Source: Raillietiella orientalis
Lineage: Eukaryota
Assembly: GCA_036172245.1 (NCBI GenBank)
Contig: JAYWIR010000042.1
Coordinates: forward strand, 868,001-932,000
DNA: 64,000 nucleotides
Direction: 5' to 3'
The translations under genes were made by a program, and so were the position numbers. The first letter of the stretch is position 1, and each line of letters starts with the position of its first letter. The notes beneath the pieces were generated by a model. It was given only the letters and a program-made list of their open reading frames with translations, was not told the origin of the DNA and ran no database searches. This document shows positions 26,451 through 39,830 of this stretch, one piece after another.

Positions 26451-28789
26451 CGATGAGCCAGATATGAGAAATCGGAAAGAAAGGCTGTTCTGCAAGTCTC
26501 AACGAGAATTCTAACCATTTCCTACTCTCTTTTAGCAGTGTCGAAATTTCGGAGCCCTCAGAGATTGAACTCAGATGCCGAGATGTTGAAGGAAGAGTAA
26601 AATGGTCTTCAAGAATCATAGAAGAAAATCTCTCCGAGCAGGCGTTAGTGTGGGCCATTCTCCATGGAGCTCAAGGATGAGAATCATCGGTCAATACCAA
26701 TATGGATGAATTCAAGGTGAATTTTCGTTCTTTCACTCAGCAGCGCGTCTTTGCAGTTTTTATGTGAAAAGACTTCTCGGAAAACAAGAAACATGTCCAC
26801 AGATGGGGAGTTGGAGGCGGCAGTTTTAATTCTCCCTCGACGCTTTCCTTTAGCAAAAGAAAAATGCAGCAGATTGCAGAGACGCCTGCATGCTCCCATT
26901 CATGGAAGAGACACGCTGCAAGTCACATACAGAAACCAGAGAGCGGCAGGCGCACAAAGAGGAGCCGATGTCGCCCCTCCAGAATATTCCATCGCAATTG
27001 CAAGTACCAGGAATTTTCTTCCCGGCTCCGAAATCTCATTTTCTCTCTTTCCGAAAATTCCATTGCACGGAGCGGTCGCCCGCTCCACGCCTGGGAAATG
27101 TTACGCTGCCTCCGGCATACTGAGATGCCGGCTGGTGACGGCGGCTGAACCCACTGGAGCTACTTTCCTCTTCGTCACAGACGATACAGGGAAGGCTCCT
27201 CCTTTGAAGCTCTGCAAGTGCGTCGCCTGGTCCCTGGGCGCAGCTTCGGATCGTTCACTTCCGGTTCAGTGGCCCCGACCAAAGGGCAGAACGGCGGTGG
27301 TCAGGAAAACCAGAAGAAAACCAATTTCCCGATCTCGTTTCTCCTTCCCTGGCGAATGTCCGGCATTAGCACTTGGGTATTCCTGGATGTAAACTTCAGA
27401 GAATTTTGAGTCTACCGCAAATCCTTCCGAATATCGATCGATAAATCAAACGATAAAGCGACGGTTGAGATTACCCCGGGAATACGTCCAAGGGTAATTG
27501 CAGAGAGCTACATAATGCGCCATCAGACATAAAGACAGCTATCATCTTCAGAAGCCGGTGATTGCAGGAAAATCCTCTGCATCCTTCTCCCGAAAAAAAC
27601 TGACAGTATTTCCAGCCGGAGAAATCGAACGCTGATTGGTGGACTCTTATCAAGTCCTGAGCGATCCAGAGGAAACCGATGCTCGGGCGAGCGGGCTACC
27701 AGGAGGCAGGGAAGAAGAAGCGAGAACTCGAAACAAGATCGCCTGGAATCCTCACGCAGGGCTTCTAATCCTCCGACGATGTCAGCTGCCCCGTTTCTTT
27801 CGAGGCTGTCCTCCTCCGCCTCTCCCAGTGCGCCGCTGCAAAGGCCCCAACGAAAATCACGATGTCTCGTGCTTCCAGATGTGCTCTTCCGCTCGAGTTT
27901 CTGGTCGAGGGGGGATCCCGCTAATCGGGTCTAAGGAAGAGACTGAAAGCAATCTTGCTGCCTCAGTTGGGAATCTCCCGCAGGAGCTTTCCCGAGAAGT
28001 GGACGAGAAAGCTGGAAGAGGAAGGGAAAATGCTGCTTCGCCGCCGCATATCCCTGCCCTTCTTCCTGAGAAAAGCAAGCGCGCTCCGTGACAGACTGTC
28101 AGAAGACGCGTCGCTGACACTCCGCGAGCGGGAATGCAGCCTCTGCGGCTTCTTCTTCTTAGACTATCTCATCCTCAGCTGGGGTTTTCGAAACGTGGGC
28201 ACGGAATTTGGATGCATAGCATCGAAAGCGGGGGTCAGTCCAGGTCCTCAATCGCTGGGGAGATGGAGACACGTGCGTGCAAGCACACACGTCCAGCTCC
28301 CGCTCATCTCCGCTCAACACTCTCCTCACCGAAAGCTCTTGACAGCAAGAAACCTGCAGGGCACTCTCATAGAGCGTTTCTTCAAAGGAGTGAGCACGAA
28401 AAGCGATGGAAGATCTTTCTCTTTCACATGGGACGAGGAGATGGTGCTGGCCGTTTCCATGCAGACACGCATGGAATGCTCGCATCCACGAACCTGGATC
28501 CAGCTCCTCGTCCTGCAGTGGGCATCATCCCCTTCTCTAAGAGCACAGAACAGAGCCAGCAATGTTTCAACGGGGAAATAAAGAGGTTGCGAAAAGATTT
28601 AATGGAACCTGACCTTTGCTCGCGTGCTGAAGATTTTCTTTTTTTTCTATCAATTGAAGATTCAGCCCTCTACCTCATGATGATCTTTACATTAACGCTT
28701 TGCAACAAACCTCATCGGTCTAATCGGATTGCGGAATAAAATCGGCCGAAAGCGCGCCTGGAGTTCCACAGCTCAGATGAGACACTGGG

Positions 28790-29760
28790 ACCGTATCTAA
28801 ATCGTCACCTGCTCGTCACGGGAGACTTCTCGGTGCAGAGGCTGGGCGGCGTCGACTTCGACGAGCTCGTGAGGAAGATGGTCTTCGTGGACGAGGCGAC
28901 CGTCGCGCTCTGGAGAACTAGCCTGGAGCACTTCGACGCGGGTGTCGTCCACGCGAGGGAGATCAGTGACCTTCCCTTCAGGTCCTGCTACCACCTCCTG
29001 TCCGGCTTCTTCGGCAGGTACCACGCAAGTGGTCCTAGGAGACGCAGTCTTCTACGATCCTTCAAAGGGTCTCCTGAACCGTCAACGGCTATCAGTTCAA
29101 CAAGTTTGCGGATAGGCTGATCAAGAGCAGCGAGGTGACCTTCGTAACCAGCCAGAAGCTCTCGAAGGGCCCGTGCACGTGCTGGGTGATCTCCGTACCG
29201 ACCTGGTGAACGACGTCGACCTGGAGGCACTCCTGGACCGCATCCTGCTGAACTTCGGATCGCAGGTGCTAAAGGTCCCCCTCACGGTCAGAGGAGGGGT
29301 TACCATCGACTAGCTTCACTTCCGTGACAGATTCGGAAGGCTCCCAGCAGACGACCTCCTGTTCGATGACGGGCACCTCGCTTGACGGAATCGCTCTCTG
29401 GGGAGACGTGACCTTCGATGGAGCGACAGTTTCCTTGGAGTCGGACGTGGTCAACGGCCGCAACCTCTTGCAGATCTGGCAGTCTCTGGTGCGGCCGCCC
29501 CCTTCGACCTTGTCCCGGAGGCGTTCATCCCTCAGCGAGCAAGATCGCTGAAGGTTGCCGGCGGCGTCCGCTTCCTTCGAGACATTTAGGGTAGCATTCT
29601 GTCGCACGTCGTCACATGCTCCGATGGGCAGACCATTCGGTCACCGGTCAGCAAGCCCGATGGGTTCACCGCCAGCCGCGCGCAGATCGACGTTCTCAAC
29701 GAGAAGCCCTTGAACCGTATCTGAACTGAGCACTGCTGGCGATCGCAGTCAGTGACCTCG
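28790..29760 (+). pseudogene. Disrupted coding segment resembling Closca/Nasrat/Polehole-type repeat proteins
   Basis: Strong C/G third-position bias. Recurrent motifs LGGVDFDEL, LVNDVDLEAL, GDVTFDG...VVNGRNL and QTIRSPV...IDVLN are spread over several frames with stops. Confidence 0.4.
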
Positions 29761-32700
29761 TTGGCATCATCCAAAGGAGCTCCACCGCGGAAAAAACTCG
29801 ATCTTTCACGGGGACCCCGCGCCATTTTGCAGCTCGGGTCCCGGAACGGTTCCTTTCTTTCTACGCCTACGCGACTTCAGGAGGTCATCCCAGCGGTTAA
29901 ATGGTTCCAGAAGAATGACAGTGTTTAAGTGAAGAGCTAATTGGCATTCAATTGGAGGCGCCCAGCATCGATCAAACCTGAGCCCATAGCGTGGCTTCGC
30001 CTGCTTTGGTGAATTTCTGGAAAGGCTTCTGAGGAATCCGGGAAATCATAGAATGAGGCTTTGCATGACAATTACTGGAAGGAAAAGCGGAAATTCCGTC
30101 GTAGCTTTTGCTCATCAAAGGAACGTGGAGGCGCATGCCGCCCGCAATCTGGTTTGCCGTCTCGAGATTTGAACTTATATCAACGCATGGCGAGATGTTT
30201 TCCCACGTATCCCAGGGTGGCACTTCCCGCTCCCTCGGAATAGATTCTGGAGCTTCTCCGAACTAAGCGGGATACTTCCCGCAGTTTGCGCTGCATCACT
30301 TTGTTCCCATTTTTCAGCATCTTTCCAGTGTGACTGATGGAGATGGATGGACCTCATGTTGTCGCAGGCAAACTCGAATTTTTTTTTGTGCCTTCCCACG
30401 CTACCGCGCTATTAAGACTGCAAGGAAAGAAACGAAACGCACCTCCGAAAACCCGCTTTTGGAAAGTCTGGAACAAAAGCTGCTGAAGGTCATGCGTGCC
30501 TTCCTGTTTGCCGTCTCAGGTGCTGGAAAACTGAGTTTTCTCTTCTCGAGGTCTCCAGAAGTATCCGCTTTTTAAACATCATTTTCTCCAGACTCATTTC
30601 TTCTAATTTCCGGAAGTATTTCTTAGCATCTTTTCGTGGGTCTCTTTCGGTTTTTGCCACAGAAAAAAATAAGCAAAGCTACAGACTGGCAAAAACGGTC
30701 GAGAACCAAAGAAGCAGGAATCTTCCTGCTTCTTTACTTCTGAAGAGACACGTCCTCGATCATATTCACTTTCCCCTTCTACGCATCCTGTGACACAACT
30801 GGGAGCTGCACATCCCCAGTAGCGGTATCTCCTATTGGTCCAAGGAGACATCTTAAACCACAGTTTTTGTAGATGCTCTCCCGTATTCTTGTGTGCCGAA
30901 GTTGGCCTTAAGGACGAATTCAAGGGCTGAAATGGTCTTCAGCGAAGGCTGGAAAGTGACAGCGATCAGTTCTGTTTGGGTCGAAGAGCTCATGGACGAC
31001 TTTCTGCCAGTCTGCTTTCCTCTCGTGATTTCCAAGCGTACATTGACAGCAGAAGCAAATAGGGATTCATTCCTACGCTTCCATTCCATCATCTTCCCAC
31101 GTTATTCGAGGTGGATGCCAGAGGAGAGCAACGACAGGTAGAATATTATAGAAACAGCGAACAAACACAAATACAGGAAAGACCGCGTGCAACTTGCACA
31201 CAGTGCACATACTCAACGAAGAGTCACTTCCATTCCTCTCAGACAGAATCGACTCTTCGTAGGAGAGAAGTTCACTGAAGACCCAATCAGAACCAAACAG
31301 GCAGCCTTTCTAAAGATGCAGCGATTATGGATGAATCAGGCTCGAAGGAGAACTACAACATTCCGGTGCCTAACGGAAGGTTGCAGGCAAGTCTATCTCA
31401 TCGGTTGCGATGGAAAGCATCAGTCGTGGGTTCCCGGTCTCCAGAAGTATTCGAGAATGGTGGATCCGTGCGCCATCACCCTCACAAAACAACTGCAGGA
31501 TAAACGTCTCTGGCGAACATTCCTAGCAACCGTCTTGTATCTCACAGTGATCCATCTTTGAGGAAGGTTTAATGAGGCCTTTTTTTTTCTCCTACGCCCC
31601 AACTGAATCACGGCAGAAACGAGCATCCTAGAAGGCGGCAAATGGTCCGACCACAAATGAAAAGATCACCAAGGAAATCAATGTCACAGTACAATAAAGA
31701 TCATAATGAAAATAACTGCTTAAACAGAAGGAGAGCTTTACAGAGGGAATAAGGTGTGATGCGATGAGTGGGAGTCACTACAAGAATGATACTGTGATGT
31801 ACATGAGGGTCAGATATCCATATTGAGGCGGGGCTTACAACGAAGTGATCATCACAATCGGAGCTCCAGAGATTCCAGAACAAATAAATGAAGATGCTGG
31901 AAGATATAAGAGAAAGCAGATGATAGCAGAAGCTTTGCCGTGGCGAGAAAGAGGCATTTCCCCAGAAAAGGTGGGGCACACCAACGTACATCAGCAGATG
32001 TCTCCCTCAGCCCACCAAAGCCCTTATGTCCATTGTTTCAGGAAGGTTCTTCAAGTAGGAGCAGTAGCAGACTACTGATGCTTTGGAGGACTGTGTGCAT
32101 CTATTCAAGAAGGGGAAGAGCTCAAAGGACTCTCTGAAGAGTGTCTCTATGGAGAAGCTCGGTCATGGCTCGAAATGAGAACGTCTCCCACGCACGTGAG
32201 ATTTTTGCCCTTCTCAGGGCCGACCGAACTCTCGAATGTTAGCCCCTTGTTCCCTCGGAGGCCACCGAGGAATAGAATAAGAAGCATCCAGGAGGCGCCT
32301 TTGGTGCATCATCAATCTAGTTTAATATCTGGATGGCAATTCGATGGGCGTTTCTTGAAGGCGATCTTCCACTTCTCGCGCCATCCTGTAGCTCAAAGCG
32401 TACGACAAGGGCAGTGGTAAGTCCTCCTGCTTGAGTTTGTGTTTCTGGGGTCGCCTTCCGCTCGGCGCCTCCTCCGATGCTTCTTGGGACTGTTCTCTCA
32501 TTCGGGGGATGCTGCAGGTCTGGTGTGTGCAAATTCGTCAGCCAGCGCCAGCGGAGTGTTGAAACCGGGCGCCACAAATGCATTGAGTAAGACCCAGAGT
32601 CAGAAAACAGAAGGAAACAATGGCGAGCCTCCGCCTTCTATCCATCTTCCTCCTTCTCTTTTCTCTCATCGACCACTTGTTCTTTTAGAAAACTCAGTAA

Positions 32701-33199
32701 GGGCTCTGAATCGGAGATTCGAGGAACCCAGAGTGGTTCGCAGTCGGAACGCGAGATGTCGGGAGCAGCTCGGAGGCTGCTGCTCCTGCGAGGAAAACTC
32801 ACTGAGGAAAGGAAAACGGGCAGTAAGTGGTACTACGGAACGGAAGTTTCTGGAGACCACCAGTCCAGGAGAGCAGGCTTCTGTCTTCCTAAAGAAGAAT
32901 CCAAAGGGGAACATGAGCGTAGGGAGCGTCCTCTTCCCATTGATTTGTGTCCGATGGTCCTCCGCAGCAGGAAGGAAAAGGAAAATAAACAACGAAGCTT
33001 CTAGAATCTCAGAAAAGCAAGAGGATGCCCCTACGTCTTCCTTGGGTTCATCTTACACGTACCTTCGCTGAATTTCCTTGGCTCTCTTGCTCCTTCCCTC
33101 TCTCCTCCATCTCTCCAGACGCGGAATGACCTCTTTTCCTGAGATTACCGAAACCGCCAACATCCTCTCGAGCACCTCTCTCGGACGAATCAAGAAAGC

Positions 33200-33350
33200 G
33201 GTGGGTGGGCTCTGCATTGTCTCTCGAGCTCCACGCTTCCAACCCCAACAAATTACTTCCTCCATCCCTTTCTGCTTTTCTGCATTCACTCAAGAGCACC
33301 TCCCCGCCATAACGCTACCACCCTATGGCTCGTCGCTGACGTCGCGGGTA
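33200..33350 (-). mobile_element. hAT transposase motif remnant
   Basis: Minus strand reads GGSVMAGRCS*VNAE...EVICWG (cf. DGASVMAGxxxGV). Confidence 0.3.
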
Positions 33351-33700
33351 ACCTTCATCCTGTGATCCACCACGTCCCTTCTATCCACCCACAGACCTCA
33401 TCCCATCTGTATGCCTCTGCCTATGACTGCAGCACTGGACCCCGATGGTCCTTTTGAGAGCACGCCCTTGAAAGCGTCAGCGTCCATGCATTCACCCGGA
33501 ACTCTTTTGACCCCGACTGAGCTCCTCACGGAGATCTTACGAATGTTGAGTCAGGTGCCCAGGTGCCTAGACCAGGAGCACCGGAAGCCCGCTCCTGGTC
33601 GGTATCCAGATATGGTCTTCGTAGCAGTCACGCGGCAAAGAAAGTCAACGGGGGACGCCCCCAGCAATGCTAAGGCCACTTCAACACCCCGCGATGTTTA

Positions 33701-34477
33701 AGTTGGCGGCCGCATGGCTGTCGTCTCCGCGCGTGGAGCCAAGCGTCTCGGGTTCGAATCCCTCCCGTAAAAGGATGGACGCCGGGAAATGGGTGCACCC
33801 TCTCCCCTCGCAGGATGACCTGTAGGCTTTGAATGCAGCACTAGTGAAAAGTCGGGAACACCTGGATGCCCCTGTCGATTGGTCGGGATTGGAAGTAGGC
33901 CCTCCGGGATCCTTCCAGAAATCAAGGAGTCGGTTCTCCTCGGGGTTCCTCCCTGGTTGCGAAAGTGGAGCCGCTCATCGCATACACAGGAGCCGGCTGA
34001 CATCCCCTACTGGAAGTGACCTCTCCAGAGTGCAAGAAGCGCGCTGCTTTCTTTGGGGAGAGCCCTTCAGAGAAATTTGGAGGCGTCCCTTCGAGGATCT
34101 CTCCAGAGAAGCGATTTCTTTCCAAGTCCCCTCCGAAGAAGAGATGAGGAGCGACCCCCAACAGAAGACCCCTCCGAAGAGGATGGAAAATGGGTTTCCT
34201 TTGGAGGCAACCAAGGAGAGGGTTCCCTCCCAAGCGCAAGAGGAACAGCTTCCTTCCTCCAGAACTCTCCTGGATTCATAGGGTGTTCCCTTCGGAATTA
34301 CCACCTCACTTGAAGAGTTCCCACATGCACCCTCGGGCGGCATGGACGGTGTCAAAGAGCTTTGTGAGTACCCTTCTAACGGGGCGAACGGTTCTTTAGT
34401 GAACCAGGGAAAACAAGAATCCCGAAAACGAAAAAAAAGGCCGGAAGGAAGACAGAGAAAACGAAAGAATGAAAAAC
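33701..34477 (+). mobile_element. tRNA-derived SINE-like element, copy 3
   Basis: B-box gggttcgaatccc at ~33750; core cctcgggcggcatggacggtgtcaaagagct at ~34331; A-rich tail at 34410-34477. Confidence 0.8.
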
Positions 34478-37400
34478 GGCCTCCATCATCCATCTTCATT
34501 TCTTTTACCGTGATGCGTTAGTGACGCTTCTCGGCCAGGCTTCCGCACCTTACTGCCTTCTCAAGAAGGCGCTCCTTGGCTCTGTGCTCCTTTTGCAGAG
34601 CCACATCCAACATCCTGCCGCCGCATCACGGGATTCTCACAACTCGCTGCCAACGCACCGCCGCAACATCCAAAGGAGAAGAACAAAATCCTGAGATTTG
34701 CCCTTCGGCTGCAGCTGGGGAGCTCCGATTGAGGGTTGCAGCCCCTGACGTCGGGTCATTGGGAGCAATCGCTATGGCAGTTCCGCTACGAAACAAAGAC
34801 GAGGCTCCCATCTCACCCCCTTTCCCCCCATCCTCGCCTCGCTAAGGTAAGCCCAGAAAGAGGGGCAGTCTTGCGTATACCTGTGGAGTATCTGCGACCG
34901 CCCACCCCAGTACGCCCCTAACGGTGAACAGCCGCGAGTTGTCGGGTTCCTCCAGCCAGAGAAGATCTGTCTAGCACTCCCGGAAGTCGCCTCTCCTTGA
35001 AAAGGGTGTCCTGATGGATCTTCGGCTACCGCAGTTTCGGAAGGCCTGGCGGAGGCGCTGGCACCGTGCGACAAGGGCTCCTGCGGGCTCCTACGGTTCG
35101 CTCTTCCTTGACGTCCTGCCGACGGAAAGACGTCTCCGGAGCTTTGTCTTCCTCGCGGTACGCCGCCCCGTATCTTTGCTGTTCTCTTCCGAAGCGACCA
35201 TCGCTTCCACAGCCCTCGGAGCACGCATGCACGCGAGAGGAAGATCGCCAGCTTCCTGCTGACCGCCGCACGCGCTCTTTTATAGATGCTACGGTTCCTT
35301 CCTTTGGCTGCAGCTTGATTCGCCTCAGAATTAGGAAGTCCAGCATTTTCCTTGCGGTTGAATCTCGTTCTGTGCGCCATCTATTTGTGTAAGAGTGCTT
35401 TTGCTCTGCCGCAAACACTTCAATTAGGTCATCATGACCTGGTTTGATTGTTCCGTGCACCTGGTCATCAAATACAGGTTTGGGGTGCCACTGTGTTAGA
35501 CCTGTTACATCCGTGAGAGACCACTGCTCGTTTTCTTTCTTCCTAGTTTTGTCCTCGTTTACGTGAGTTACTCTTTCTTCAAAGCAAACCGGAAATGGTT
35601 TTCGACACCCTTTATTTTTAGCTGCTAGCGCACTACACGCTTGTAAATCATACTTGGTCTCTGGTATGCTACTTTTGGAACAGAATTCCAGAGGCAGGAT
35701 GTGTGCTCCCTTCACTTTCCTGCATGCTTTCAAGAGTGCGTTTAATATTTCTTGTGCAACCATCTGATGTAGGAGGAAGCTCTAATGAATCGCATCCTAA
35801 CCTATCCTGATTCCTCCTCGTACTCACCTGCAACTTCCAACTGATAACGCTCTTAGGCACTGTTCCTAAATGTGTTTTTTGCTTGTGTACTGTCCTGGAG
35901 ATGCTTAACTCATACCCTGAGATGCGGACATAAGCTGAAGAGAAACTCAGAACTTTCTTATTTTTCTGGGTCATCTGAATTGATTCTCGTGCATTGCATA
36001 TTATTAGATCTCATGTATAAGAGACGCAAGATGATACTTAGCTTTTAATTGAACAAGAGCGGAACCGCATGAATGATGCTGGGTGTAATCTCTAAAGAAA
36101 ATGTGGAATTTCTTATTGAAACTCATTTCTTCGTCGAACTGGAGTTTGATCTTCCATAGAAATACGCCACCCGTATCGCCGGGGTGAGAAAACTACCATT
36201 CATTTAAAGCCTCTATGCTGTAAGGCAACTGCTTAATCGGAACGAAAGAAATGAAGATGAATGGGTGGTCAAAGTGAGTGGTCACAGGTATGGACTTAGA
36301 CACATAAATGGTGAATCCGCTACACTAAACATCCTTCACAGTGTACCAGACTTTTTAGAAGACGCCAAACCATGAACTTTGAGGAGTTCCTCTCCATGGC
36401 ACAGATTTGCATCCCGACGCTGATGGGACAACACTGAGAAAGTCTGCCAGCAGCTCTATTCAAATACTGAATCGTAAACTATGCGTTTAAGTTTCCAAAT
36501 AACAAAAGATATATTAGAATGTTGCAGAAGACATGAACAGGGAATCATCCACGTGTGGTAAGGGGTACAGAATTGTGAGAGACTCCAAAATCAAGTACGG
36601 TGGTGCACGAATCTCAGGTGGCAGAGCAGATAGCGAGGAAAAGAAAAGGGTTTACACGGTGCATAACCTCTCTTTCTTCGCTTGCATTCTGTGCCGTGAG
36701 AAATGCAGGAGACGGAATGTGTCTTCGAAATCTGCTCCGGCGTACTCTTTGATGAGTTTGCCGCTGAGCGCATGCTGCTACATCCCGCCATCCGGAAGAC
36801 TATTCGCATCACTTTCATTTTCAGGCGTTTGTAGAGTGCTTCAATGTCAAAGTGCTGATGATTTCGGGAAGAGCACGCAGTGAAAGGGCGCGACGATCAC
36901 AAGAACCAAAATAGGAAGTCACAGGCTCGCCTTTTCCAGTCTGCTTCCCAGGCACCGGAAGCTTCGCCTTCGGGGAGATATGAATCGAAACACCTGTCAC
37001 CCATTTGCAGTGGGTCATGAGGAAGAGCAGGAACGAAACCGATTAGTCGTATCTCGCAGCCGCCGAAAAGAGCGCACGAGAAGCAGCAACCCGTGCAGTT
37101 GCGGCTGCTCAGTCTGCAGTCAGCGGGCCTCCTCATCGAGGTCACCGTGCCCAGGAGAGAGGCCATCCTGGACAGTCTCTTGCTTGGGTCAAATGAACGA
37201 CAGCTCCAGGAACGAAGACTGCAAATATTCTTAGCAGCCACTGGAACGGGCACTGATGGTATCCTGTCAAAAAGCTGCTCCAGGAGGTGAAGCGCAGTGA
37301 AGATCTTGTCATGTTTGTGAACCAAAAGTCCCGCAAGTCTGGGCTCTCCGTTTATGCAGCTGCGAGCTCAAATCCAGAATAGTTCTTCGATGTGCTTCCT

Positions 37401-38284
37401 CCAGTCAACTTCCTGGGGTGGAGTATGGAACCCATTCGAACCCGTGCAAGCTTGGAAAACACCGCTGCGTCTTCATAGTAACCCGGTCAGCGTAACTCTG
37501 GGCAATCCAATGAAGGATCGCCCAAGATGGATCCGCGCCAGCAGCCCTCACCTGCTAGGCATCTTCTGTGATCTTCATGGGAAGGAAAATGAAGCGCAAC
37601 ACGCAGAAAACCTGCACGGGGAGTGACGATCCATCTCCTCTGACGGTCCACAAGGTTAGAACTCCAGCACTGCGTGCGACCTGAAGCACTGCAGGTCCTG
37701 TCAGTTCCAGCGCTACTTTACAAAATTGCCGTGCTGCTGGTCGAGTTGTCACGTGACGCTTTACATGACAACTCCACCAAGAGCCTGGGACTGCACTGGA
37801 GCCTCTAAAGTAACGTAAGGAGATGAAATGCTTCCGAAGGCGTGATGCCCCCTTTGCGAGAAGAACGGGAAGCCTTCGCTCGCAAGAAGATAAGCGACAA
37901 GGGAATCCCAAGGGCTGAAAGTCCTGCCTCAAAATCCTTTTTGACAGCAACACAGAGCCTTTAAGAAGAAACGTTCGCAAGTGTGGCTCGCCTCGCACTG
38001 TGGCGACTGCCCCAACCCTGCAGCTTTATTTGGTCCTTAAACGGAGGCTGCTCAGCTCCCCTTTCCTCATCACCGAGAGAAGCACAACGACCGATGCCAC
38101 TAGAATGCGCCGCAGCGTCTCATCAAGGATCGCCGGTACCCAGCTGCATTCTCCAGCTCTTTCTCCCTCGACAGCGACCTTGGTTTCCTCTTGATCATCC
38201 CGATGCGTGCACTGCGGGTTGTTCCGAAGAAGAATCGAGCTCGCTGGTTCCTTATTCCTCAGCCCAAACAGGACTGACTGCCAA

Positions 38285-38950
38285 CGCAGGCAGCCAGCTG
38301 TCCCGGCGGATACAGCCCATGGCAGTGGGCTTCCTTGGAGCGATGGTACTTCGCGAAGTACACGTTGCACCGTCCCCCCGCGTAGTGTCCTCTGCTCATC
38401 CGTCCGTCGCTCGCTTCTCGCCCCGTGCGTGAGCCCAAGGAAAAGCACGTGCGCGCCCTGCTGACCAGCTTCCTCCCATCAGTCCAACGCCCTCGCTTAT
38501 TCCGGAGCGCGGCTCGTTTCGTTCCAGACAGGACGAGGCGCTTGCACGAGGGACTCCTGGGCGTTGCGCACGACCGCCGCCGACGCCAAGGAGGTCGCCG
38601 ACGGTGGCTCGTCCACCTTCACCTCGGGTGGGGACGTCGGGGAACGTCCCCCTTCCCACTCGCCGTCCAGGGCCGCGGCAGCTTCCTAGACTGCTTCGGC
38701 CCCCGGCGCACAGTGTGAGCATTCGAGGCAATCCGAGATGAGGAGCCACGCCCGTTGCTTTACCGGGGCTGCTCTGCTATGGGAATGGATGACGTCAGCT
38801 CACCGCTTGGTGCCCGGAGAGCAGCCTACTCATCTCAGGTGATTCTCCCTACTCCCCCTCGTTCCCGGAAACTGCTCTTGGGCAGTCCCTATTTCATGTC
38901 TTGTCCGAGCAAACTTCGTCCTTGAATCTGCCGGATGCTCCGCGGAGCAC
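38285..38950 (+). repeat. Module A: inverted duplicate of 46431-47102
   Basis: Near-identical reverse complement over ~38290-38900. The ORF track gives matching peptides at 38396-38749(-) and 46626-46991(+), apart from a 12-bp indel and a substitution. Identity is lower out to ~38950. Confidence 0.95.
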
Positions 38951-39204
38951 TTCGATCCCGGTCAGTTTTTCGGGAACCAAAGTCCTCGGAGCCCTCGCGA
39001 CTTCTTCGACGGAGAACACTTTCTCTCAGCTTGCATTCGCCATCCGCCCAGGAGTCTCCTGTGTGCATTCCTGGACCCGGTTCCTTCCGAAGCCATCCAT
39101 TCCCAAGACGCCAACGAATGGAAAAGATGGGAAAGTCCCCATCGGTTGACTCCTCGGTGCAGACGCTGCGAATCCTTCAAAGGGCTGACAGGCTTTACTG
39201 AAAA

Positions 39205-39490
39205 ACGGACACTGATCCATGAAAGAACCATCCGTCGTGGGCGAAGGACAGCGGTCAGCGGCAGGGCACCCGAGAAATCGGTGGGGCTCAAAGCTGGGAT
39301 GCTGGGCGTTGCGATGCGCTCCGATGGGCGCAGCGTAGCGGAGGTGCTCGGCCGCTTGCACGGGGAAAAGAGCATCCTTGCACGCTGCAACCAGGAAGAG
39401 GAACAGTATGTTTCTGGACAGCTGTCCAGAAACATCGCGAGGGTCGCCTGCTGGGAAAGTACGGCAGGCGGGGCTGCTGTCAGGAGAGGC
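39205..39490 (+). repeat. Module C: diverged direct repeat of ~49100-49345
   Basis: Colinear anchors gaaccatcc, ggcacccg.gaaatcgg, tcaaagctg.gatgc, cgcttgcac and cagctgtccag.aacatcgc occur in both places. Confidence 0.75.
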
Positions 39491-39565
39491 CAAAGGTAAT
39501 GGAGCAAAACCGAAGTCTCCGTGAGGCGCTTCCAGCGTGAGTGTGGATGATGGGCAAAGATACGG

Positions 39566-39830
39566 ATGTGGATGCAGATGAAGGCAAGAAATTTCATGCG
39601 TCTCTTCAAGGTGAAGTTCATGAATGCTTTCCGCAGGAAAGACTCTTGTTACAACCGCGTTACAAAATTCCTGGTTGGTGTCCAGCTGCTCACACCGGAG
39701 GGCTTCGGCATCGTGGGTAAAGGAAGGTTCGTTGCTTTTGTTATCTGGGCGGTGGTCTTCATCGGTTCTCTATGAGGTGTTCCTCGTCACATCCAGATGT
39801 ATTGCATCATTGTATTTGTGCGGTGTATTT
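39566..39830 (+). pseudogene. Possible membrane-protein exon remnant (weak DEG/ENaC TM1-like)
   Basis: Reads LLTPEGFGIVGKGRFVAFVIWAVVFIGSL, then frameshifted YEVFLVTSR. Hydrophobic helix with W, but the canonical HG motif is absent. Confidence 0.2.

Noticed and set aside
36014..36025. tgtataagagac, resembling the Tn5/Nextera mosaic end
   Set aside because: Only 12 of 19 bases match and the flanks do not.
38425..38480. EPKEKHVRALL, resembling an ANTH-domain motif
   Set aside because: The similarity does not extend beyond a few residues.
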